From positions 312,170,001-312,234,000 of the forward strand of contig OZ024743.1 in NCBI GenBank assembly GCA_964016885.1: a DNA stretch of 64,000 bases. The letters run 5' to 3'. The notes under the pieces were generated by a model that saw only the letters and a program-made list of their open reading frames with translations, was not told the DNA's origin and did no database searches. Position numbers and translations under genes: made by a program. The stretch is from Eledone cirrhosa (lineage: Eukaryota). Numbering within the stretch: position 1 is the stretch's first letter; every line of letters starts with the position of its first letter. Of the stretch, positions 13,901-26,030 are shown piece by piece.

Positions 13901-16900
13901 AATAACATGCTGTTGTGTCGGAAATCAACAAATATTCTCTTGCAAGTGTATCCTTTTCCTTTAGAAAATAAGAAAACCTTGTACCATTCACATTACTTTC
14001 AATAATTATATGTATATTCTAATTTTTTAATATGAAAATAATTTTGATTTTGTATGAAATTCAATGGGCGGGTACATTGAAAATGAAGTGGTGTAAAGGC
14101 ATTATTAAATAATGTGGCATTGGGTTGGCAGTATCGGTAGAGCATCAGACGTTTTATGGCATATAGTTACGTCCATTTATGATCTTCCACTGAGGTTAGC
14201 TTTGCCTTTCATCCTTATAGGTTCAATAAAATAAAGTACCAGTAATGCACTGGTGTCGATATAATCGACTTTACCCTCCCTACAAAATTGTTGGCCTTGT
14301 GCCTAAATCAGAAACCATTATTGACTATTGTGGCAGCTATATAAAAATGTAAAGTATGTATGAATGGAGCTGCAAATCAAGAAGACATTGAATTAGATCT
14401 TGGGAATTGTGTAAAGATTTATGGGAGCAAGACATGGGTGATAAATGTGGAGCAAAGGAGAAGGCTGAAAAAAACAAATGAGAATAGTGTAGTGGATAAG
14501 TAGAGTATCTATGAGAGAAAGAGAGAGGGAGACACATGATGAAATGCAGATGAAAATAGAACCAGTAATGAATGTGAAGAGAAATGGAATGAGATGTTTA
14601 GGTCATGTGTTAAGGAAAGATGAAAGTGACTGACTGGGTGAGAGGAATGATGGAAATGAATCTGAGAAGGAAAACCCCAAAAAGACATGGCTAAAAATGT
14701 AGAAGACGGAAATGAAATATAGAGGTTAATAAGGGGGAATGTAGATAATAGGGAAAAATGATGAGCATAAGATGGCCCAAAAATGTTTGTTGTTTGTAAT
14801 AATGTTTTTTTCAAAAATGATTTACACCCAGTACAAATTCTTAAGTAAAATAATTGTGCCATTTTAGTTTTTCTTAACTAATCAAAGACATCCATTAGTA
14901 GAGGAAGTAGATAAAGCATCTACTTATTTAGCACATATTCCTTTGGAAGACTACGGACCGAGTCTGCAACTTAATGAAGAAACTAATGAAAATTTGAGTA
15001 AACTGACTGATGACTTTTCTATTACTGCTTTAAAGGTCAGTGTTCTTTTAGCTTTCATCAGTAATAATTTATTGTAATGGCAGCCCCTTAACCGTTTTCA
15101 TACCAAACCACCCAAAACTGCCTCTAATCTACAATACAAAACTGTTTGTTTTCAAGTGTTTATATTTATCTAAAAATCTTCAATTATAATTTTATTTAAG
15201 AACCTTTGTTAATCCTTTTAATTCTAAACCACATGAAACCAACCTTGGTTCTACAAAACAAAACTTTGTTTTAAACTGTATATATTTATCTAAGGACCTT
15301 CCATCATAATTCTATTTAACAACCTTTGTTAAACTACATTCCAAACAGCTTAATAAGGAGGAAGTTTGTTATATTATTAAATACTTCTATATTGTTGATT
15401 ATTTTCAATTTTATTCTTTCATTAGAAATATAGTAAGAAAAGGGTTAATTTGAAAATCTTATTTGTTTTTATAATTGACAAACATGATTATTAAATAATT
15501 CTTTCTACCATGGTTTGTTGAAGGCTATGATGTACCTGTGTAATATGCAACAATCAGAGTTTCTACGACGTCTTGCTCTCTGCTTCTGTGTAAATGCTAT
15601 TCCTGAAGATAAGAAAGGTTAATTTGTTTTTATTTCATATATTCTTATTCAAACAATATTTCTAATTTTGTTAAAATAATTTTCTATACAATCTTCTCTT
15701 TAACTCTTATTGTTATTAGTAACTTTATTAAATTGTGTATACTGATTTGCATTGTTGCAGACTAATGACTAAAACTAGTAAAAGAATACTGTATGATAGA
15801 ATTTATTGCAAAATATAAAGTTGGTACATCAAGTGTCCTCCTCCTCCTCATCATCAGTTAACATCTGTTTTTTCATGCTGGAGTGAGTTTGGACAGGTTG
15901 TCACAGACCAAGTCAGTACTGAATTAGAGCTACTGTCCTCCAAGACAGGTTAGGTATCATGTCTAGCTTATATTCCGATTTTGGCATCGTTTCTACAGCT
16001 GATCTTCCATCCCATCACCAACTACTTTACAAAGTGTATTGGATGCATTTTATCATAGTACCAATAATAGGGAGGTTGTCTTGTCCTTGACATAACTAAC
16101 AGACTTCTCAGCCCTATGGTTTCTTTGGCTGGATGCTCTTCCTAACACCAAACACTTTACAGAATGTACTGGGTGCATTTTATGGTGGCACTGTATTATC
16201 ATGTATTTAAATATATTTATTTTGTATTTGTTTTAGGAACTCAGAATTCTTCAACCAATGAGTTAATTTTGTGTGTGAAACATAGCTTGGAAACTATTTA
16301 TGAAAAACTCAAAAATAGCTATGAATTTCACCGATGTGGTTTCCAAGAACCAGATTCAAAACCTTTTACTTCTGGGGAAAAGAAAGCCTCTTCCCCTTTA
16401 TCAGATCTGTATATGGCTGTTCATAGTTTGGATTTACATTTACAAGCAGCCCTTTGCAGGTAGTGTATTTTACAAGTATTTGTGTGTGTCTGTGACTTTC
16501 TCTGTATGTTGCCCTATGTGTGTGTGTAATAGCTATGGGGCAGAATTTCTAAACAAGAGTAATAGTTTATTAGCTCTTTTGTTACCATAAGGAGGGATGT
16601 AGTAATATAATATATATGAATGAATGTGATATTTTGGTTAGGGTGTTCAGTTCATTATCATAAGGTTGCGAGTTTGACCATCATCCACTTTCCTGATATT
16701 TGTACATTGTTCTATGTTCTATACATGCACCTTTGATGAGTTGTAGTGTACCTGAGCACTGTACACAATAATTTTCATTATTATTAAGACAGTTTATTTT
16801 ATGTTGTTCCAGTCCACTCAGCTAGATTTCAAGGGTTAACATTCATGCTGAATCTTCCTAAGAATTATGCTAAGGGGTACGCCTATCTTTAGAATGTTCA

Positions 16901-19773
16901 GGCAAATATTAATTTCATGGCCAGGTTGTTCCAAACAACGGGAACACTCATCATCAGAGCAGATGAAGGTCCGACAACAGTAATTTGGTGTTTGGAACAT
17001 AACTTAACAATGGTTCTCACATAAAATTATGATGGAAAGTTCTTAGATAAATATAAACACTTTAAAATAAACAGTTTTATATCATAGAATTGGGGACAGT
17101 TTCAAGGGATTTGGTATCAAAAGGATTAATGCAGGTACTGAAATTTATATTATCATTTATTAATAAATTGGAATGTAAATTTTAAAATATCATTTTCTCT
17201 AGTTATTGTGCTGCCCCATAACTATCAAACCTAATCATGGTAGACACAAACTCTTTTGATACCAAACCGTTTGAAACCAACCATGGTTTTGTGATATAAA
17301 ATTGTTCATTTTAAAGTTGCTCTCAAATTTAAATGTAAGAACCATTGTTAAGTTATGTTCAAAACAACAGCTTAATAATGAGAACGTTGGATATTTTAAT
17401 AAAACATTGCTTAAAAATCATAAGTTGTGTTTTTCATTTCAAAAATAAAATAAAATGTTAAGAATAGTCTTTGATAGTATAATAATAATAATAATGAAAT
17501 TATTGTGTACAGTGCTCAGGTGCACTACAACTCATCAAAGGTGCATGTATAGTACATAGAATAATGTACAAATGTCAGGAAAATGAACAGTGTACGAGTC
17601 ATGAAATATATGTGTGCATGTGTATGGAGGGGGGACATCAGGTGTAGTGTTGGCAAATCTCAGGAAGCATGGAGGTTTTAAAGGATGCAGTGTCTCGGCA
17701 GCTAACAACTGATGCAGGAAGTTTGTTCCATACTTCAGCAGCTCTGAGCGTGAAAAAATGTTTCCGAAAGTCATGGGAGCTGTGCTGTTTTCTGACTTTG
17801 TAGGCATGCCCACATGTGTTAGATTCATGGAAATCAAAAAGGTGCTCAGGGTTGTTGGCAAGATGGTTAATAATTTTGAGGGTGTTTACCAAGTCAGTTG
17901 CCAGATGTTGGAGCTTCAATGTATCCATGCCCAGGGAAACAAGGCATTCAGAGTATGGTAGATGCCTGATGGAGGGTATTCTTTGGATGCACGTATCTTA
18001 ACAGTTTCCAGGCAGTCAATGTTGTGAGCAAGATAGGGGTTCCAGGCTGGTGATGCAAATTCTAAGTGTGGCCACACCATAGCTATATACAGAGCGGCTG
18101 ACAAAAGTCTTGCTGAGTGATGCTAAGACACCCTCAGCCTTCTTGACAATTTTAGAGACGTGCTTCGTCCAACGCAAATCGCTGCTGGCAGTAATGCCCA
18201 TTAACTCTTTTGTTCTATTAAGAGATACTACCTACAATTTTAAAATTACTTCGAAAATCTTCAAGAATTTAGAGGGATTTAGTAATATAACTAACTTTTT
18301 TATTATTAAGCTGGTGTTTGGAACATAACTTAACAAACATTTAAAAATATAATTATGATGGAATGTTTTGAGATAAATATAAGCATTTAAAAATAAACAG
18401 CTTAGTATCATAAAACCAGGGTCACTTTCACACAGTTTGGTATCTTCTTTTACTATTTTCTTTTTTAAGATCATCAAATTTGAGCTCTGAACTTGAGAAA
18501 TATTTTGAAATAAATACAGATGATGTTTTAGGCAGCAATGAAGAAACTGAATCTGAAATTACTGCTAAAGAAAACCAGTGGTACTGCAACTTACAATCAA
18601 TAAAAGCTGAACTTGAGGCATGCCGTGCATGTTATGAAATTGGCTTGGATAAGTTTGAAAAGATTTTTAAAAAGCAGCAAGAACCCAGTGTGTATTCTAA
18701 ACTCTTTCTTACATTATACTTAACCTCTTTTCTCCCTCATGTAACTGTCAAATTCTACCACATCCATGTAGAAATTTTGCCAAAAAAAGGGCCAGGAGGA
18801 CTCTTCAGTTATGTCAAGGAGATGATAAACTCCCTAATGCTGGAGCCATGATAAAATGCACCTAGTATATTCTATAAAGTGGTTGGTGTTATGGAGAGTA
18901 TCCAGTTGTTGAAACCATGCTAAAACTGGAATGTATGTCAGATCATCGACCCCTTCATAGAATCCTTGACTTCCATCGGCCCCAGGCATGTTAAAAAAAT
19001 AATTAAATAAATCAGTAAACAATATAAAATAAACACTAAAGATTGGTTAAATCAGTAACTTGTATTTTATTGTAGTATTAAATATATTTTCATTTCTTAT
19101 ACAAATGTCAGATTTTGGCGTAACAGTTCAGTCGACCCCTGGGTAGTCTCATTGAACCCCCAGGTTCGATATTGAGCACTATGGAGATTCCTGTTTTAAG
19201 CTAAACAATTTTCGTCACAGAATTTAACCGTAAATTAATTATAAATTCAAGGAAGATAACTCCGACTAAAATAATTTTGAGTCATCACCTTACGGGGTCG
19301 ATAAAATAAAGTACCAGTAATGCACTGGATAATTGCTGGGCTTGTTCCTAACGTAGAAACAATTAATTAACTTACGTTATATTTCCCAAGGTCGGACGCC
19401 ATGCTTTGACGCATAGAGTTACGGCCCTTGCCATTTTGTGTTCAAATCCCGCCGAGGTTAACTTTGCCTTTCATCCTTACGGGGGTCGATAAAATAAAGT
19501 ACCAGTAATGCACTGGGTAATTGCTGGCCTTGTGCCAAAAGTAGAAACAGTTATATTTCCCATGAATGTTAATGTTAATGTTTTTCAAGAAAATTTTAAA
19601 ATAATCAAGTATTGCAACAGATTTAATAATATAATATCCCCCTCCATACACACGCACACATGTATATCATGACTCATATACTGTTCATTTTCCTGGCATT
19701 TGTACATTATTCTATGTGTTATACATGCACCTTTGATGAGTTGTAGTGCACCTGAGCACTGCACACAATAATT

Positions 19774-19808
<35 letters not shown>

Positions 19809-22800
19809 TAATCCTCTTCAAATAGGTGTTTGGAACACCACTAAACAAAGGTTCTTACATAAAATTATATTGCAAAAGTTTTTAGATAAATATAAGCAAG
19901 TCTATATTATAGATCTAGGTGTGGTTTGGTATCAACACAGCTAAACTATTTAGTAAAATTATTGCCATCATCCTTATCATATGTAGTTTTCTACATTATG
20001 AACTAGATTTGTCTGAATTACAGAATATATTTTGTTATCTATATTGTGTCTCCTCCTCATCGCTACTTGATTATTATTTTTTAAAATTTTAATTAACAAT
20101 CAAGTTTGTGAGTCTTCTTTTATATACATTTCCATATATTTTCAGCGGTGGATTGACAGTATCGGTAGAGAGTTGGACGCCATGCTTTCCAGCATAGTTA
20201 CGTCCCTCTACGGTCTGAGTTCAAATCCCGCCGAGGTTCACTTTGCCTTTCATCCTTACGGGGTCGATAAAATAAAGTACCAGTAATGCACTGGGTAATT
20301 GCTGACCTTGTGCCAAAAGTAGAAACAATTATTTTACGTTAATGTGCTGATAGAAAAATACCCCTCCCCTGTTGATAAATATTGCCGCAGTGATGTCCCT
20401 TGAACGTGCAAATTTGTTTCTAATACTTTTATTGAACATATTCTCCAATCGACAGTAAAATAAAAACAATTTCTTTATTAGCCACAGGTGCTAAACTTAA
20501 TCTATTGGGTGGTATACTTATCTATTTTGTGGTAGATTTAATAATTCATTAGGTGGTAGATTTAATTCATTACTTGGTCGTTGAGTGCCTTTAACAAAGT
20601 CCAGCCTGTTACAAACATTTGGGTTAAGTCTCTGGATTGAGGATGCCTTCCACTCTTTCTCTCTCTTACCCTCACACATTTATTGGAGGTCCAGGTCCTG
20701 AAAAGGGTCATGCCCATCTCATATCAACGAACTGTAAAATAAAAATAAAATTAAAAATTGCTTGGGTAAGCATTACAATAAATTGGATTTCCTATAGTAT
20801 ATTACTGGTACTTTTTTCATTGCTGATGTAAGAATGGAAGGCAAAGTTGGTTTATCAACTGCATATCGTTTGTAAAAAAAAAAAATTAACCATTTTAGCA
20901 TGATTGACCTGTATCTCTATGATCATTGAGCCCTTGATTTCAGTTACTGTGAAGAACAGAAGGTCCTAGGGAGGGTTGGTCATTGATTTTCTCTGTCATA
21001 TGAGCACCTGGTTGCCAACATGTATCTGATGCTCAGTGCCATGGTTTCGTTTATCAAACAAGTTTTTGGCTTTGTTCTGCGGCTGAATCACACTGGATGA
21101 TCTGATTGTGCATTACTCCTGTTGTTGCTGATTTTACGTTAGGCCTCTGGAAGGGTACTTCGTTTCAATGGTTCTTCAGCTACATTGTCCATAATGGAGA
21201 ACCAGACACTATTTCACAAGTTTTGTTTTGTTTTTTTCAGTCCCTGGTGGCTTGGTAGGCAAAAGCAATGACATTAGCTTGAAGTTTCTTAGGGATAACA
21301 ATACAAGTGTCCTTGAGAATTAGTAACTTAGCAATTGCCAGTACCGCAAACATGGGTCTAAAAGGTTGTACTGCTAGCCTGGTGTTGGGGGAGGGGGTGA
21401 TGACAAATATAATGGTGCCTCTCTTCCCTTGATGCCCTAAACAAATCTATATTATTAGTAATTAAATATTGTTTTGAATGAGAATATAATTTTAAAATTA
21501 TATTTCATTTTTAGTTCCAAAGCTAGAACCTAAAATTAATACCAAAGAAAAAGAGGAGAACATTATATTGGCTGAAGATATCAACCCAGTTATTGTTGAT
21601 GAGGTAAATATTTAATCATTGCAATTACAAACTAAGCTCATTTTTTTTCTACCAACTTATTTTATACTATCTTGGATTGGACATTACTCTTTTTTTTTTA
21701 GGTATTTGAGGGTTTTACTGACCAGAGTACTGAGGATTTTGATTGTAACTATGTTCGTCTATCTGGAGAGGAAATGGTATGTTGAAATTTATATAATTAC
21801 AGCTTAAAGTTATTTCACATATTGTAATTTAATTAAAACGCTGTTCACTTACCTGACATTTGTACCTTATTCTATGTACTATGCATGCACCTTTTATGAG
21901 TTGTACTGCACCTGAGCACTGTGTAAAATCATTTTCATTGTTATTATTAAACAGAAAAAACAAAAGAAAGATCTGGAAGAATCGAAACGAATGATGCATG
22001 AGCTGAAATCCGTGATTGCAGTTCGGGCTGTGGACAGGGAGAAACGAGAAGATATGGCAATAAAACGACAAATGGAAGGCGTTGATTATCAGCCTCCTCC
22101 ATCAGGTTATAGTAGTGAAGCTGAACAGTCTGAAGATAGCTTACATAGCGACAGTCTGCAAAGTGACAGTTTACAAGGCAATGTCTTATCAACCGGTAAT
22201 AATCTATACATCTTTATATATTTTAAATTGGGTGCTCTCTTTCTTATCCTTATCATGTATGCCAGGATTTATGGGCTAGAGACTTGGGTAACAAATGTAG
22301 AGCAGTAGAAAATGTTGGAAAGAACAGAAATAAGAATGATTCAGTGGATAAGTGAATTATTGCTGAGAGAGGAAGACAAAGAATAAAATGTAGAGGATGA
22401 TGGGACTAGGGCCAGTGATGAATAGTGTAAGAAGTAGGATGGGATGGTAGGGTCATATGTTGAGAGAGGATTAATAGGTGAGAAGAGTGATAGAAATGAC
22501 TGTTTTATGTCCATTTTCTCCGCTAAAGCATTACCCCACCTCCATCATATTTAGCCATATCTTTCTGGGTCTTGCTTTCCATCTACTTCCTTCCGTATTC
22601 ATTTCCAACATTCCTCTCATCCAATCACTTTCATCCTTCCTCAATATATGATCCAACCATCTCATCTCATTTCATTTCTCTTCACAAAATTTATCAAAAT
22701 CAAATACTTGTAAACTTTGTGTGAGAGAGACTAGAAGTCAGTAATATTTCTTACATTTCATAATATTTTATTCTTTTTCAGTCATTAGACTATGGCCATG

Positions 22801-23873
22801 CTAAGGCATCACTTTGAAGGAATTTAGTCAATCATGTCAACCTCAGTTCTTTTCTATTTCAAGTTTTATACTTATTCTGGTTATCCCTATTCTTTTAACT
22901 ACCAAATAAAATCCATTGCAAATTAATTGTCTTTACTCATAGGAATTCATTTTGTATTCTTCTAAAATAAAACAGTTAAATTATATTTATATTATGTTTA
23001 TATATATTAAAACAGTTGTATTATATTTTTTCAGCTGAACAGGACTCAATACAGGAGTGTGGAAATCTCAGTGATGATTTACTGGGTGAGGATACTTTAG
23101 ATTTAGAAGATACAAATGTATCTGAATCAAATGGTTCTAATACTAACAGTGACATAGGACTAAATCAAATTTCTTGGAGTAAACAGATTTCAGACACTTC
23201 CACAGAAGATCAAGATTCAGAACCATTCTTCCTTCATCAGACTCAATCCAGTGAAGTCGATTGTGATATCCAGTTGAGAAATTTACTCTTTTCACCTTTA
23301 AATAGAAATACAAATTGTGAGACTGACAGCTTAAATAACTTTACATTTCCAGAGGAGGTTAGCCAAAATACCTTGCATTCTGACTCTCCTACCTTAAAGA
23401 TTGATAATATTTCAGATTCTCAAACACCAATCTTGAGTCACAGTGATAATATTACGGATGTTCAATCAGAGCCCCATCTATATTCAAAAAGTTCAAATAA
23501 TTTGAATTCAGATGCAGTGAAGAACAGTGAAGTTGGAAATATTACTTCATCTGAGTTTCCTGCCTCCAATTCTAACAACAGTTTCTTTCTTCATCAAGAT
23601 AAAGAAATGGAACGTAACCTAGAGGGGACAAATCTTGTTGATTTACAGGCACGACTGCTTGCTCGTGATGAATCAAGTTTTTTATTTACTCGAAATATTG
23701 CAGCGCAAGCATCAGCTCGCTGCAAAGAAAATCTATTCCTTAATATTCAAACATTTGGTGACTCTGATAGTGTTGAAGATGATGATAGTGTTGATGGTGA
23801 TAAAGTGGTTAATGACAGCCTTGTAGAAGATTCTGCTGCTTCCAATGTAGAAAATCCTCAAGACAATCTATAA
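7811..23873 (+). CDS. VEZT: Vezatin, spliced gene span (13 coding exons seen; first short coding exon not located)
   Basis: Hand-spliced exons keep frame across all junctions. They give NSVLYKHLIDAG, KKSLRLIQEVELVQRGFTL, ELRKLVF, LTDDFSITALK, QSEFLRRLAL, LKNSYEFHR, AVHSLDLHLQAAL, ESKRMMHELKSVI and FLFTRNIAAQASAR..QTFGD. These are collinear with vertebrate vezatin as I recall it (NSPLYQYLQDLG, RKALRLIQETEVISRGFTL, FTDGFSLPALK, SSEFFRRLAL, AVRSLQLHLKALL, ESKRVLQELKSVL, QTFGD). Confidence 0.93.
9035..9218 (+). mobile_element. tRNA-derived SINE copy
   Basis: Near-identical body. Confidence 0.88.
9383..9567 (+). mobile_element. Full-length young tRNA-derived SINE with 18-bp target-site duplication
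   Basis: A box TGGCAGTATCGG, B box GAGTTCAAATCCC, body ..AACTTTGCCTTTCATCC..GGGGTCGATAAAATAAAGTACCAG..GTAGAAAC; flanked by ATTATTTCATGTTGAGCA at 9365-9382 and 9568-9585. Confidence 0.92.
9816..9990 (+). mobile_element. tRNA-derived SINE copy inserted at the ATT tail of a CR1-like 3' end
   Basis: Near-identical body directly after CACCTGAGCACTGTACACAATAATTT..(ATT)n. Confidence 0.85.
10343..10438 (+). CDS. VEZT: Vezatin exon (KHNNVQINMELVK...IIQM)
   Basis: Long T tract + cAG, GTgaga donor, 96 nt open, phase 0/0; weak sequence conservation. Confidence 0.7.
10658..10803 (+). CDS. VEZT: Vezatin exon (YCHFNRQILYQ...LEDDDKIFLE...)
   Basis: tttctAG / GTaagt, phase 0/2; LEDDDKIFL resembles LQEDVELI. 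Confidence 0.8.
12262..12552 (+). CDS. VEZT: Vezatin exon with hydrophobic (TM-like) segments and KKSLRLIQEVELVQRGFTL
   Basis: tttcAG / GTaagt, phase 2/2; strongly conserved motif. Confidence 0.92.
13804..13947 (+). CDS. VEZT: Vezatin exon (VSNQ...CPELRKLVF...LLQV)
   Basis: ttgctAG acceptor; ends at U12-type donor GTATCCTTT; phase 2/2. Confidence 0.88.
13948..14887 (+). other. U12-type (minor spliceosome) GT-AG intron
   Basis: 5' site GTATCCTTTT; branch motif TTTCTTAAC at ~14870-14878, about 10 nt before aaAG; no polypyrimidine tract; splicing restores frame (LLQ-V-HPL). Confidence 0.88.
14888..15035 (+). CDS. VEZT: Vezatin exon (HPLVEEVD...YLAHIPL...LTDDFSITALK)
   Basis: Phase 2/0, GTcagt donor; conserved TD.FS..ALK motif. 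Confidence 0.9.
15524..15617 (+). CDS. VEZT: Vezatin exon (AMMYLCNMQQSEFLRRLAL...)
   Basis: gaAG / GTtaat, phase 0/1; SEF.RRLAL motif. Confidence 0.88.
16237..16459 (+). CDS. VEZT: Vezatin exon (…LKNSYEFHR…AVHSLDLHLQAALC)
   Basis: ttttAG / GTagtg, phase 1/2; two conserved motifs. Confidence 0.92.
17480..18198 (-). mobile_element. CR1/L2-group LINE 3' fragment with frameshifts and (ATT)n tail
   Basis: VWPHLEFASPAWNPY and GHAYKV..RKHFFTLRAAEVWNKLP motifs; 3' ends of the same family at ~9690, 16690, 19660, 21850 (+) and 43020, 52595 (-). Confidence 0.88.
18470..18687 (+). CDS. VEZT: Vezatin exon (SSNLSSELEKY...ACRACYE...QQEP)
   Basis: T tract + aAG; donor GTgtgt chosen because it gives the phase 1 required by the next exon. 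Confidence 0.8.
19389..19549 (+). mobile_element. 5'-truncated SINE copy with 13-bp TSD
   Basis: GTTATATTTCCCA at 19376-19388 and 19550-19562. Confidence 0.88.
20145..20332 (+). mobile_element. tRNA-derived SINE copy
   Basis: Near-identical full-length body. Confidence 0.88.
21515..21603 (+). CDS. VEZT: Vezatin exon (PKLEPK...INPVIVDE)
   Basis: ttttAG / GTaaat, phase 1/0. Confidence 0.82.
21702..21776 (+). CDS. VEZT: Vezatin exon (VFEGFTD...LSGEEM)
   Basis: T tract + AG / GTatgt, 75 nt, phase 0/0. Confidence 0.85.
21955..22195 (+). CDS. VEZT: Vezatin exon (KKQKKDLEESKRMMHELKSVI...)
   Basis: acAG / GTaata, phase 0/1; ESKR...ELKSV motif. Confidence 0.88.
23035..23873 (+). CDS. VEZT: Vezatin terminal coding exon (acidic, Ser-rich, ends ...QTFGDSD...QDNL*)
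   Basis: ttttcAG, phase 1; ORF-track 23016..23873; C-terminal LQARL / FLFTRNIAAQASAR / QTFGD motifs. Confidence 0.9.
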
Positions 23874-23965
23874 TTTTTTTTTATACCATTCATCATCATC
23901 ATCAATTTACGCCTACTTTTCCATGTAACACTATTGTTACTATCATATAGCCTTTTATCTCTATT

Positions 23966-24296
23966 TTAACCCTTTTGTTACCGTATTCCTAATGACATAC
24001 ACTGTATTTTATTTAATTCATTAAATATTTCGAGAGATTTACTAAAATCATTTATTATTTCATTATTTATTAAAATGTCCAATGCTTGCTAGCAGGGAAA
24101 AGGGATGTTAAATGATGATGATCACAATGGTTTCACTATTAAGATAGTATATGCAACAAAACTTAACAAAAGGCTTTTTTATATAAAATTATCTAGAAGG
24201 TTTTAATTTCTAAACCCAAGCTAGCGTGGAAGATAGACGTTAAACGATGAGATGATGATGAGGTGGTTTTAGCTGGGCTGGTATCAAAAGGGTTAA
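23966..24296. mobile_element. TTAA-flanked MITE (piggyBac-like termini) in the VEZT 3' region
   Basis: TTAA|CCCTTTTG-TACC ... GGTATCAAAAGGG|TTAA; relatives at ~7480-7617, 11940-12170, 15088-15448, 16985-17128, 18200-18440, 25140-25290, 45200-45406. Confidence 0.7.
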
Positions 24297-25637
24297 ATAT
24301 ATATCTAGAAAATTCCTGACTGCTTAAACCATATTAAAATTAGTACAGGTACAACTCCAATTTTCCGACAACTGATGGCCTGATACCTCTTTTTATCCAA
24401 ATATATTTATGCTTGGACACTTGAATTTCACATGACACACCAGACTTGTTAATTCACTTTAGGAGGTTATTATGTGGCATTAGATATCATTTTAAACATT
24501 TGAGCCTTCATGTTATAGTTTTAGGGTATGGAGAGTGTTTCCAACTTCATGATATATGTTTCTAATAAATTATATAGTCAGTAGTTCGGCATTAGGGATG
24601 GCATCCAACTGTTGAAACTAAGCTTGAAACAGTTCTGTATGAGCAAGATGGTCACCTGATCTAACTTGTCTAACAATGGGTCAATTCGTCTAACCTATGC
24701 TAGTGTGAAAAATGGATACTAAGTGGTAATGATGAGTCTGGCAAAATGGATAATCCAGCATCTGCGAGGAACCAGAAGGACCAGAAAATCAGTGGTGTCT
24801 TTATATGATGACTGTTTACTTTTATAAGATAGGTTTTATTTTATTTTGATCAAATCATATATTCTTTTCACAGAATATAATTTTCATATTTTTAAAAATG
24901 CACTAAGCAATTTTAATTCTATATTACAAATACAAAAAAAGATTTCAATTAAATTTTTCTAATTAATAATGGAAGGAAAGTGTAAGGAATAATAATAGTA
25001 AAAGTAAAATGTTATAAATATAGTATCGTTGATGAATCTTATTGATAAACTTATTGCAGGCTTCAACCTAATGTGGTTATCAATAATTAACTGTTTTTAT
25101 TACTCTATTTCTAATTAAAAACATTGCTTATGATTTTCAAATAATATAACTAACTTTCTTATTACCATATTGGTGAATGGAATATCACTTAACAAAGGTT
25201 CTTACATAAAATTAAATAAATATAAACACTTTAAAGCAAACAGTTTTGTATCATAGGACTAGGGGCAGTTTCAGGTGGTTTGGTATCAAAATATATAGTA
25301 TATTACAGCTGACATTAGTAGACTAAGATAATGTTAATAAGTATATAGTATATTGTAGTTGACATTAGTAGGCTGTAGGCTGGGATTATTTTAATGAAGA
25401 TATTGACACATGTCAGTTAATAAATCACTATTCTTAGTATTCCTACATTCCTGTGAATTCATGACTGAAAATATTTTACATAATAATTAATTCCTATGGA
25501 AACATTGTTAATTATTGTGAATAACATTGTGAAATAGTAATTAGTAAGACCAATAATTAGTTATTGAGTTGAAAGTATTTCTGGTTATCTTTGATAATTT
25601 TTTAAAATAAAATCCAAGGTTGTTATGTATGTATCCT

Positions 25638-26030
25638 GTTTAGAATACGTACACCATATTTCTGTATGTTGTAAGAGGTAACTAAAATGCTTGGTGCCAG
25701 GAAAGGCATCTGGCTGTAAAATATTGCTTCAAAAAGGACCCCTTAATAAGAATTAAGGCTTTTATGGGGCCCCACAAGGTTAACCTCTGTTTTAGCAGAG
25801 GGAAAATGGCCTTAAAAAACACTTGTACATAATGCATTACATTTTCTGTGTCTATTCAGTTTAGAAAAGGTACACCATATCTCTGCATGTCATAAGCAGC
25901 AACTAAAAGGGTTGGTATTAGGAAAAGCATTTGACTGTAAAACATTGCTTCAAAAAGGATTTCATTATGAGTATGAAGTCTTTCATGGGGTCCACAAAGT
26001 TAAGCCCTACTTTAGTAGGGAAAAATGGTT
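25638..26030 (+). repeat. Two diverged tandem copies (~220 bp) of a dispersed repeat
   Basis: GTTTAGAA..GTACACCATAT..AACTAAAA..GG..AGGAAA.GCAT..CTGTAAAA.ATTGCTTCAAAAAGGA repeated; relatives at ~13030 and ~55440(-). Confidence 0.75.
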
